DNA from: Pseudomonadota bacterium
Lineage (GTDB): Bacteria > Bdellovibrionota_B > Oligoflexia > Oligoflexales > CAIMVM01
NCBI GenBank assembly: GCA_037142195.1
Contig: JBAXBA010000016.1
Coordinates: 1 to 52,454, forward strand
DNA: 52,454 nt
Direction of reading: 5' to 3'
The position numbers and the translations under genes were made by a program. This document shows positions 18,560-27,090 of the stretch, piece by piece (the stretch's first letter is position 1; every line of letters starts with the position of its first letter). Below the pieces are notes generated by a model. It did not search any database. It was not told where the DNA came from and saw only the letters and a program-made list of their open reading frames with translations.

Positions 18560-19606
18560 TTAGTATTTTCTAGCAAGCAATGCCAGCGTAAGGGACTCAA
18601 GTTCATCACGTTCTCTAGACTTTGGAAATGCAGACCTGAGCCCTGCGAGACTTTTTTCAGTATAGGAATCCGCAATTTTTGAAGCAAGAGCGAGCGCATT
18701 ATACTTTTCTATTAACAAGGATATGTAGGCGAGTTCTGTTTCGCTTTGACGGCGATTTGAAATGATGCGACACAACTCTCCCTGTTCGGAAGATGTGGCT
18801 AAATCACGGGTTATAAGGAGCGGAATGGTAACTTTACCCTCTCGAATATCTTGTAATATGGGCTTTCCAAGTTTTTGCGAAGAAGACGAATAGTCTAAAA
18901 TATCGTCAATGAGCTGAAATGCCATTCCTAGATTATTTCCGAAGGCAAAGAGACCGTCAGTAACCGCTTTGCTAGTACCACTCAAATAACCCGCTGCTGC
19001 TGCAGAGGCCCCTAAAAGCATACCTGTTTTTCCCTCTAAAACCTTAAAGTAAACGTCGCGGCTTATATAGGGGTTGCCTATATTTTCCAGCTGTAACAAT
19101 TCGCCATCGCTCATGCGGCAGATGGCATGAGCAAAAGTTTTGATAAGGTCCCTAGAACCCGTTAAAGCCATGAGTTCACAGGCCGTGGAGTAAACCAAAT
19201 CTCCCACCAGCACAGCTGCTTGGTTGCCCCATTTTGAGTTCGCCGTAGCGATACCGCGCCTTAGCATGCTGTTGTCGACGACATCATCATGAAGAAGGCT
19301 CGCCGTATGTATGTATTCACAAATTGCTGCCACTTGGAGCTTATGGGGCCCATCATACCCAACTAGCTTTGCCGTAAGTAAAAAAAGAGAGGGTCGAATT
19401 CGTTTTCCTGGCTGGGCAAACAGGTAATTTAAAATTTCTCGCCCTGTTTCCGTCTCCGCCTCAATCAAAGTCGGAAGGATCCCGTGCAATTGTTCTAAGT
19501 CCTCTTGAATGGGACTTAGAGTCTCAAATACAGAATTAGGGGTAGCCCTTCCATGGGAGGAGCCCTCTAGATGTTGTTCTTTATAGTCAAGGCGCAATAT
19601 AACCAC
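18560..19606 (-). CDS. ispB: long-chain polyprenyl (octaprenyl) diphosphate synthase
   Basis: GKRIRP, HTASLLHDDVVD...RRG, KT, AFQLIDDILD; Ala five residues before the first DDxxD suggests a long product chain; start uncertain. Confidence 0.88.
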   Translation of the reverse strand: MVILRLDYKEQHLEGSSHGRATPNSVFETLSPIQEDLEQLHGILPTLIEAETETGREILNYLFAQPGKRIRPSLFLLTAKLVGYDGPHKLQVAAICEYIHTASLLHDDVVDNSMLRRGIATANSKWGNQAAVLVGDLVYSTACELMALTGSRDLIKTFAHAICRMSDGELLQLENIGNPYISRDVYFKVLEGKTGMLLGASAAAAGYLSGTSKAVTDGLFAFGNNLGMAFQLIDDILDYSSSSQKLGKPILQDIREGKVTIPLLITRDLATSSEQGELCRIISNRRQSETELAYISLLIEKYNALALASKIADSYTEKSLAGLRSAFPKSRERDELESLTLALLARKY

Positions 19607-19776
19607 CTGATAATTTTGCCTAATATATATAATAGGCGAACTTTCTATATCTTATACACGAAGGAGCACAGTGGAGCTTGCACTTTCTTAGCTACCTTGA
19701 TATGTAAGACCCTCTAAGAAGACCTGCCGTAACCGGCTTGATCTTGCTACTCTACTCTTAACCTTAGGAACTCTGT

Positions 19777-21516
19777 ATGGCAAGTCGATTGTCGGAAGAA
19801 TCTCTGGTACGCGTCTATGATGGTGGCCTTCAAGCATTCCGTTGGGAGGCTCGTTTATCTGCGCTTGCCCTCCAATCTGAAACCGTAGATTTGATTGCCA
19901 TGTTAACTTTAGAGAAAGCCAAAGAGAGCATTCAAAGCCTAGCCCCGCAGGTTTTATATAGGTCCTTAATGAAACAGGGCGTATCTGACTGCCTAGATAT
20001 TCTGCCGCTGATGAGTCAAGAGCAGTTTGTCGCTATTTTAGACTATGATGCATGGGCTGACGGTGAGCTCCAGCACCGAAAGGTGTTTCAGTGGCTTCAG
20101 CAATTTCGGGAGGCCGAGCGTGAGCAAATCTATACGCGTTTTAGAGACCTTGAAGAGGAAATGCAAATTGCCTTGGTAGGGCCCTTTATTAGAGCCGTGG
20201 ATCCCGAAGATTTTGAGCAGCTTTCCGATGAAGAACAAGATCGACTTGAGTCGTTTCCAGGTGGCGCTCTCTATTATGAGGTTAAGTCTGAAGACCCAGA
20301 AATTAGGCAGTTCTTTGCAGATTTCTTAGAGGTGACTATGGGCGAAAACATGGAATACGCCATGTCGGTTCTGGCCCATGCTGGCTTTATGCCGCCCAAT
20401 GAGCAAGAAGCCTTGATGTCACAGTTTCGAAACGCCCGCATGGAAGATGATGGATTTGTGTCTTATGAGGAATCTCTATCTATTTTTCATCCCATATCTT
20501 TGGATATGCTTGAAAAAAAGTGGAGCGCCCATGAAAAAACAGCTCTTTCTTCCAAGACAAAAGAATCCTTTATGCAATTGGTCATGACTCTCGCTTCCGA
20601 GAGTTGGGACCCCTCGACATTAAATGAGGTTCGCTCTAGACATGCCTATTTAGCCAATGCTCTATGTTCTGCCGCAAGAGTGGAGCCTGGGGATCTTGAA
20701 TCATTAGATAAGGCCCTTGAGCAAGTATGGTCTCTAAACGGCTTAGCTTTGGAATGGTTAGCCTCTGGAAACATCGAGCAGGCGGCTTTGATTCTAAAAG
20801 AAGAGCACCCCAAAACTCTCTTTCAAACAGCCTGCACTTTAATCGAAAGACTCCGTCACAAAGGTTTAAAGAAACTTGAGACGTATATCCCTGAGACGAG
20901 CGTTATTAGAACGAATCTCGAACTTCAAAAGTTCGGATTGGCTCAAAAACAAATGGACCTTCACTATGTCAAAGTCTTTGGGCCTGAACTTACAGAAAGA
21001 CTTAAAGCTATCTACAGCCGTTTTCCCATGGTCATGTCCCATACCCATGAAGGCAAAATTATCTTTAGGCCTATAGATAGTTTAAACGCCTTAGATGCTT
21101 TACAAGATGGCCTTGAAATTGCGCTTATGAAGCTTCAATTGGTGTCTCTGACCCATGTTGAAGAGCTCGCTGAATTAGATGCCCACATCCAGCGTTCCAT
21201 GGTCTCCGTGCAGCTTGGTGGACATTTTATCAATCGATTCTTAACTCAAAATCAGGTTGATACCTGGCGGGCCATGAGTAACGAAGCCTATACTGAGGCA
21301 AATGAAAAGCTGTACTCTGGCTTGGACGAACTGCTCATGAATGATAGACGGTGGTCACTTAGTGCCAATAGAAAAACCGATCACTTAATGTCAGCTCTTT
21401 CGGAGCTCGCAGCTGGATTGACATTCATCAAAGATCAGGGGCATTTCGATGCGCTCTTTAACCTGATAGAAGCCAGCCCTAATCAAGAGGAAGATTCCTA
21501 TGCCCAAGATGAATAA
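19777..21516 (+). CDS. DUF6178-like conserved protein
   Basis: LY..MK..G.SD.LDIL..MS.EQFVAILDYDAW and FR..RM.D.GFVSYEES..IF patterns typical of this Deltaproteobacteria/Bdellovibrionota family. Confidence 0.7.
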   Translation: MASRLSEESLVRVYDGGLQAFRWEARLSALALQSETVDLIAMLTLEKAKESIQSLAPQVLYRSLMKQGVSDCLDILPLMSQEQFVAILDYDAWADGELQHRKVFQWLQQFREAEREQIYTRFRDLEEEMQIALVGPFIRAVDPEDFEQLSDEEQDRLESFPGGALYYEVKSEDPEIRQFFADFLEVTMGENMEYAMSVLAHAGFMPPNEQEALMSQFRNARMEDDGFVSYEESLSIFHPISLDMLEKKWSAHEKTALSSKTKESFMQLVMTLASESWDPSTLNEVRSRHAYLANALCSAARVEPGDLESLDKALEQVWSLNGLALEWLASGNIEQAALILKEEHPKTLFQTACTLIERLRHKGLKKLETYIPETSVIRTNLELQKFGLAQKQMDLHYVKVFGPELTERLKAIYSRFPMVMSHTHEGKIIFRPIDSLNALDALQDGLEIALMKLQLVSLTHVEELAELDAHIQRSMVSVQLGGHFINRFLTQNQVDTWRAMSNEAYTEANEKLYSGLDELLMNDRRWSLSANRKTDHLMSALSELAAGLTFIKDQGHFDALFNLIEASPNQEEDSYAQDE

Positions 21517-21949
21517 CGAAAAACTTATGGCTAGCGAAATAGCTGAACTCACTCATATCCTTGATCGCAAACATGCAGCATCTTTAGGTGATAGATTCTT
21601 TTCGATAAAAGTTGACTCTGATGAGAGCAAAGCCTTTGTAACAGTTACACTCCGCAATGCCGGGGAGTCCTTCTACTATCCCGTGGAAGGGCGAATCGCA
21701 TGTAAATCTCAAGAGCTATCTCCCAAAGATGGAGCCATGCTGCTTTTAGACTTCATCGACGTTTATTTCGAAGAGTTTTTTCACGATCGCCAAGACACAT
21801 GGCTGCCGATAGATTGGGCCGGCTTTAACTTTGAAGGCTTCGAATTTGAGCTCAAAGGTCAAGTCCTAAATAAACGCACTGAAGAACTCGCTGATTTATT
21901 TTTGGATGGAAAGATAAATCGGGATGAAATTATCTCATCCTTGAAGTAA
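21500..21949 (+). CDS. conserved hypothetical protein
   Basis: acidic 149-aa ORF overlapping the upstream gene; FYYPVEGR, LLDFID.YFEEF, LPIDW; GAGGA SD. Confidence 0.8.
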   Translation: MPKMNNEKLMASEIAELTHILDRKHAASLGDRFFSIKVDSDESKAFVTVTLRNAGESFYYPVEGRIACKSQELSPKDGAMLLLDFIDVYFEEFFHDRQDTWLPIDWAGFNFEGFEFELKGQVLNKRTEELADLFLDGKINRDEIISSLK

Positions 21950-22003
21950 GCACAGGCGTAAAAGGCTCTATGCTAAATAAGCCTATAATTCAACGCCCGT
22001 TGG

Positions 22004-23059
22004 TTAATGGGAGTCTGAATCATCCTCTACTTTTTTCTTCGGTTTTATCGAGGCTCGATGGGCTTCGACATTGACGAGTATGTCCGCTAAATTGGTGACT
22101 TGTTCGATTGAAGTTCCACCTCTATGAATCATAACTCTGTTTCTACCTGAGTTCTTCGCGTGATAGAGTGCCGCATCAGCCCTCGCCACGGTTTGATCTG
22201 TGGATTCAGCGCCAATCGCCATCGCTGCGACGCCGATGGAAATACTATTAGGAATCGCCTCGTTGTTCCAAAGGTAAGTTTCTAATTCTATTTTCTTTCT
22301 AACTTTTTCAGCGACTTTTCCTGCTTCTTCTAAGCCGGATCCTGGGAGAATGGCAAGAAACTCTTCGCCACCATAACGGCAGACAATATCTGATTTTCTA
22401 AAACTTCCTTTTAAAATCGAAGCTACTTTGGAAATGATCAAATCGCCCGCTTGGTGGCCATAGTTGTCATTAATACTTTTAAACTTGTCTATATCAAACA
22501 TGATTACTGCAATCTTTGCACTTACGGAACCGATAGGCGCCAATCCTGCTTCCTCGGCTAGCTTAGGAAAGGCTTGATCAAAATAATTTCGATTAAAGAG
22601 GCTCGTCAACTTATCAGTTACGGACTGTTTAGATTTATCAACATACTTGCCTTGAAGTTGGGTTTCCGCAGTAACATCTCGAAGGAGCAAAAAAGCTCCA
22701 AACGGTTTTTGGTCACTTCCAAGAAATGGAAAATACCCAATGATCAAATTGAGGTAGGAATGAGCTTCGCTAGATCCGCCAACCTCATCAAGGCGCCCTG
22801 GCCCGGGCATATTCACTAACTGCATTATGGAGTAGCCTTTTCCATCAACTTCAAGCCTGATGCAATGATCAAAAGTCTCCGCCTTTAGCATTTCTTTGGA
22901 TTTCATGCCTGTAACTTTACTTAGCCCCATGTTGCACTTTACAAGCTTACCCTGCGCATCCACGACGGCCCAAGCATCTAAAAGAGATTTAGAAAACTCT
23001 CCGAAATGCTGTTCAAAGAAATCTTTGGGGGTTGATTCTTCGAGTTTTAGGGCTTCCAT
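22004..23059 (-). CDS. PAS-like plus GGDEF diguanylate cyclase
   Basis: TDKLTSLFNR, DIDKFK.INDNYGH..GD, RKSD I-site, RYGGEEF, AD.ALY.AK..GRNRV. Confidence 0.95.
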   Translation of the reverse strand: MEALKLEESTPKDFFEQHFGEFSKSLLDAWAVVDAQGKLVKCNMGLSKVTGMKSKEMLKAETFDHCIRLEVDGKGYSIMQLVNMPGPGRLDEVGGSSEAHSYLNLIIGYFPFLGSDQKPFGAFLLLRDVTAETQLQGKYVDKSKQSVTDKLTSLFNRNYFDQAFPKLAEEAGLAPIGSVSAKIAVIMFDIDKFKSINDNYGHQAGDLIISKVASILKGSFRKSDIVCRYGGEEFLAILPGSGLEEAGKVAEKVRKKIELETYLWNNEAIPNSISIGVAAMAIGAESTDQTVARADAALYHAKNSGRNRVMIHRGGTSIEQVTNLADILVNVEAHRASIKPKKKVEDDSDSH

Positions 23060-23094
23060 CGTTCTTCTCCAAGATAAGACATCTACTCAAAATA

Positions 23095-23577
23095 CTATCC
23101 CGCGTGAAGAAATCCAAAAAATTCATCTTCGATTTCTTCCATCTCCATTTTTTGACCACACTTTTCGCAATTGAAATCTGAAACGGTAACCGAGCCGCTA
23201 TTTTCAGGAAGATCTTTACCACGTTCAAAAATCCGCCAGGCCGAATGTCCACAATGTTCACACCCGTATTCAGCATAGACACTCTTGATTTTTGCAGTAC
23301 CAAGAAAATTTGGAATCATATTGACCTGACTTACGATTTCAGGAGTGCATTCTTCGAATTGAATTTCTCTGGATTTTTGGGCCTCTCGAATAAATGAAAT
23401 CCACGCTCTTACCCCACAAGAATTAACCATCTTAATTCCTGCAAAATTAATAATGACTTTGCTTTCCAAATGCTGACCCATATCGATGAGTTGAGACTCA
23501 GAATCTTCGTTAATCTTGCCTGAAATATAAATACAATCCCAACCGTCTTTCTTTTCGACTCGATACTTAAAATCCAT
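23095..23577 (-). CDS. STAS-like domain plus zinc-ribbon protein
   Basis: ISGKINED, INFAGIKMVNSCGVRAW (STAS Ser motif), CEHC...CEKC. Confidence 0.8.
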   Translation of the reverse strand: MDFKYRVEKKDGWDCIYISGKINEDSESQLIDMGQHLESKVIINFAGIKMVNSCGVRAWISFIREAQKSREIQFEECTPEIVSQVNMIPNFLGTAKIKSVYAEYGCEHCGHSAWRIFERGKDLPENSGSVTVSDFNCEKCGQKMEMEEIEDEFFGFLHAG

Positions 23578-23636
23578 GGTACACCTTCTCGAGATTCTTA
23601 AGTTTTAAACCTTGGGTCAACTAAGGCCCTATGTTG

Positions 23637-23663
23637 GTATCGGGCGCAAAATGAATATCTTTA
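23637..23663 (-). promoter_or_regulatory. sigma-28-type promoter of the STAS-DGC operon
   Basis: TAAA-N15-CCCGATAC. Confidence 0.65.
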
Positions 23664-23918
23664 GTTTAAAATGGGCCTCATATATAGACAAGGTGGGGCC
23701 TGGATCTGGGAGCCGTGCCTAATAACTTCAATAAATTATAACAGTTACAAAACACCTAGAGCCAGACGAGTGGGTAGACGGAAAGAACAGTCCTCATCGC
23801 TAAATGGGAAGGATAGAGGCGCCAGTTGCTACAGGAGGCTATGGATTTCCACAACATTTCCGTAAGCGATCAAAATAATTACATAAAATAAACTTGCATC
23901 CCGTCGATAAATTCGACT

Positions 23919-25844
23919 TCAGTCTCTTTTAAGATAAGGATACGAGCTCAAATATCCCTTAAGTCGCTCAAAGATAACCGGGCCATCGGTGGCCGAAATA
24001 TCATGAGATGCCTGGGCCTCTGAGATTTGTTCGCGATAGCTCTCAATCATTTCAGACATGTCATAATTTCTAGAAGTCAAAAGTTCATGGATGGGGTCGC
24101 CTTCAGTGACCTTTGATATCTTCCAGTCGCCCTGTTCATTGAAAACGACTTCAATTTCGTGAATAGCTCCAAAAAGATTGTGCTCATTAGCGAGAGATTC
24201 TTGATAGGCACCCGTCAAAAAGAAACCCAAATAGTAAGGTGCATTTGACATCGTATGTAAATCAAGAAAATTCTTTTGGTCCGTACTATCTATAAAGCGC
24301 TCCAAACAGCCATCGGAATCACATGTAATATCTACAATCGTTCCCTTTAGAGTAGGCTTTTCATCATGCCTGGAAAGAGGCATAACTGGAAAAAGCTGGT
24401 CAATGGACCAAGAATCAGGGATTGATTGAAAAATGGAAAAATTCGCAAGATACTTGCTCACCTTCAGGCGCTGTAGGGATTCAAATTCATCCCCATCTCC
24501 TTTCTCAAAAGAAGAGAAATACAAGGCTCGGCGACAAATTAAGTGAAACATATGCTCGGCAGCTGCTCGCTCTTTCAGGGGAATGTAGCCAAGATTAAAT
24601 AGAGTTTGTAGCTCTTCATTGAATTCTACGGCGTCATGGTAGTATTCCGCGTAGTTCTTTCTAGAAACATTGTCCAATATATATTTAAGCTCACGGGTTG
24701 CTCGCTGAGCATTTATGACCTCTTTTTCGATGTCAAACCCTTCGATGGTGTCTAGAGTTTCCTCGCCTTGAATCTCCCTAATATCAGTCACTACTACGCT
24801 ATGGTAAGCAGCGATAACTCGTCCAGATTCAGTCACAATGTCAGGCATTTTTACGCCTTCTGCTTTGCATACTTCACTGATTACATAGACTGCGTCATTA
24901 GCAAATTCTTGCAAATTGTAGTTTGCTGACGACGTGGCTGTAGTGCGACTTCCGTCATAATCTACTCCAACGCCACCGCCTATATTCAAATACTTAGGGC
25001 TGAAACCCATCTTAATGACTTTGGCATATACGATGGCTGCTTCTTTAAGTGCATTCTTAAAGCGCTTAATGGCAGTGATTTGAGATCCAATGTGAAAGTG
25101 AAGCATACTGAGTTGCTTTTGCATGCCCGCTTTTTCGAGCAAATGCAGAGCATGGAGGAGTTCGACAGTGGTAAGACCAAACTTGGAGGACTCGCCCGAA
25201 GATTTTTCCCACTTCCCAGACCCCTTGGAGGACAGTCGCACTCGTAACCCAACTTCAGGGTGATGGGTTACTCCTTCGGTGGGAACCTTTGATTGCTGTA
25301 CAATCATTTCAAGTTCGTCTGGACCCTCGACCACGCAAACCACTTTGCGGCCTAAGCTTGCTGCGGTAAAGGCAATTTGAATGAATTCCGAATCCTTAAA
25401 ACCATTGCAAATAAGAAGTGACTCTTTGGACATGGGATAGCTCAAAGCAGCCATGAACTCTGTCTTGGAACCTACTTCTAAGCCCCAGTCTACTTCTCTA
25501 CCGTAAGAAATAATCGCATCAATAAATTCGCGTCGTTGATTTACTTTAAAAGGAAAGACTCCTAAGTGGCGTCCCTGATAATTGTACTCTTTAACGCTGT
25601 TAGCAAAAGCTTGATGCATGCGCCTAAGCTGACGCCTAATCGCTTGGGGAAACCTGATGATCAATGGGGTTGAAATGCCAAGCTTCTTAGCCTCTTCCAT
25701 GATTTCAGGAAGAGAGACAAAATTTTTATCGTCTGCATCAGGATAGCAAATCACATTGCCTTGATCGTCAACACCATAATATCCAGCGCCCCAAGACTCT
25801 ATGCCTGAATTTTCGCGAGCTTCTTGAATTTGATGAATATTCAT
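23919..25844 (-). CDS. speA: biosynthetic arginine decarboxylase
   Basis: WGAGYY, FPFKVNQ (PLP Lys), GLEVGSK.E, HFHIGSQ, DYDGS, ESGR, DITCDSDG, HNLFG; GAGGAG SD. Confidence 0.96.
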   Translation of the reverse strand: MNIHQIQEARENSGIESWGAGYYGVDDQGNVICYPDADDKNFVSLPEIMEEAKKLGISTPLIIRFPQAIRRQLRRMHQAFANSVKEYNYQGRHLGVFPFKVNQRREFIDAIISYGREVDWGLEVGSKTEFMAALSYPMSKESLLICNGFKDSEFIQIAFTAASLGRKVVCVVEGPDELEMIVQQSKVPTEGVTHHPEVGLRVRLSSKGSGKWEKSSGESSKFGLTTVELLHALHLLEKAGMQKQLSMLHFHIGSQITAIKRFKNALKEAAIVYAKVIKMGFSPKYLNIGGGVGVDYDGSRTTATSSANYNLQEFANDAVYVISEVCKAEGVKMPDIVTESGRVIAAYHSVVVTDIREIQGEETLDTIEGFDIEKEVINAQRATRELKYILDNVSRKNYAEYYHDAVEFNEELQTLFNLGYIPLKERAAAEHMFHLICRRALYFSSFEKGDGDEFESLQRLKVSKYLANFSIFQSIPDSWSIDQLFPVMPLSRHDEKPTLKGTIVDITCDSDGCLERFIDSTDQKNFLDLHTMSNAPYYLGFFLTGAYQESLANEHNLFGAIHEIEVVFNEQGDWKISKVTEGDPIHELLTSRNYDMSEMIESYREQISEAQASHDISATDGPVIFERLKGYLSSYPYLKRD

Positions 25845-25990
25845 AACGGGTCTCCTCAATGCATCTTTAGTCGGCACCAAAATAGGGGCCACCATAATGT
25901 CCTGAGCTGAAAATACAACAACTTTTTAGGACCTTTATAAAACTTCCCATATGGGCTATAGATGAGCGGATGATCGTTTTGAAGGGTTCT

Positions 25991-26584
25991 ATGAAAGTTA
26001 TATCCGGATGGGCAAAAAATCTCCCCTTGTTGGCCCCTTCAGGCCTTCAAACACGGCCTACACGTACCCGAGTTAGGGAGGCCGTCCTATCTATCCTTCA
26101 GTTTGACCTTAAGGACAAAATCGCTATCGATGCCTTCGCCGGCTCCGGAGCCATGGGCTTGGAAATGCTGAGCCGAGGAGCCAAAGGCTGTCTCTTTGCG
26201 GAAAACAATGCTGAGGCGCGGGCTATCCTTGCCAAAAACATCAAGGCTCTAAAAGGGCGAGCTCAAAGTGCAGGCATGGGTGAGCTGGATATTGCCACAT
26301 TCGAAGGGGATCTTATGGCGGGCTCTTGGGTCTGGCCCCAGACCTACCAAAACCCGGATATCCTCTGGGTAGACCCGCCCTATGACCTGGCTCCCCTATG
26401 GCTATCTCAGTTTTTATCCCGCCCTGGCCTCTACCCTAAGCTTGGGGGGCTCGCTATAGTGGAGCATAGAACCGCTGATACAGGCCAGATTCAAGAGCTA
26501 TTTCAAAAATGCCAGGCCTTTAAGTTAAAGAATTTAAAGAAGTATGGCGAAACCTCTATTATATTTATGGAAAGAGTTTATTGA
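25991..26584 (+). CDS. rsmD: 16S rRNA m2G966 methyltransferase
   Basis: MKVISG, TRPT..RVREA, DAFAGSGAMG.E.LSRGA, DPPY, KKYG. Confidence 0.93.
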   Translation: MKVISGWAKNLPLLAPSGLQTRPTRTRVREAVLSILQFDLKDKIAIDAFAGSGAMGLEMLSRGAKGCLFAENNAEARAILAKNIKALKGRAQSAGMGELDIATFEGDLMAGSWVWPQTYQNPDILWVDPPYDLAPLWLSQFLSRPGLYPKLGGLAIVEHRTADTGQIQELFQKCQAFKLKNLKKYGETSIIFMERVY

Positions 26585-27087
26585 GTCGGAGGGGCAGTTT
26601 GAGTCGAAAACCACTAATTGGCATGTATGCAGGTTCATTCGATCCCTTTACCTTCGGTCATCTAGATGTAGTGGAGAGGGCCTGCAAACTCTTAGACGAA
26701 CTCGTTATTGCTATAGGTACCCATTCTACTAAAACTTCTCTATTTACCAATCCAGAGAAGTTAGAGCATCTCCAATTTCTGAAAGCCCGCTTTCCCAATG
26801 TTTCCTTCGAGCTCTTTAACGGTCTTGCTGTTGATTTTGCTAGCAGCCATGGGGTGAGTGTTCTGATTCGCGGGCTTAGAACCGAGGCTGATTTTACCTA
26901 TGAAATGCAAATGGCCATCATGAACCGGGTTTTAAAGCCGGAACTACAAACCATATTCATACCTTCAAGACAAGACTTTGGACATATCTCCTCAACACTC
27001 GTCAAAGAAATAGCAAGGCTAGGTGGAAATGTTTCAGCTCTAGTACCACCTCATGTTGCTGCCGCACTCCATGGTAAGTTTAAATAA
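26581..27087 (+). CDS. coaD: phosphopantetheine adenylyltransferase
   Basis: YAGSFDPFT.GH, RGLR...DF.YE.QMA, ISSTLVKEIA. Confidence 0.97.
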   Translation: MSRRGSLSRKPLIGMYAGSFDPFTFGHLDVVERACKLLDELVIAIGTHSTKTSLFTNPEKLEHLQFLKARFPNVSFELFNGLAVDFASSHGVSVLIRGLRTEADFTYEMQMAIMNRVLKPELQTIFIPSRQDFGHISSTLVKEIARLGGNVSALVPPHVAAALHGKFK

Positions 27088-27090
27088 CCG

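Noticed and set aside
21955..21997. Hairpin between convergent genes (GGCGT..AGGCT / AGCCT..ACGCC)
   Set aside because: Short interrupted stems and no U-tract; too weak to call a terminator.
23671..23865. 64-aa plus-strand ORF between the STAS gene and speA
   Set aside because: No SD, no recognisable motif and unremarkable composition; treated as intergenic.
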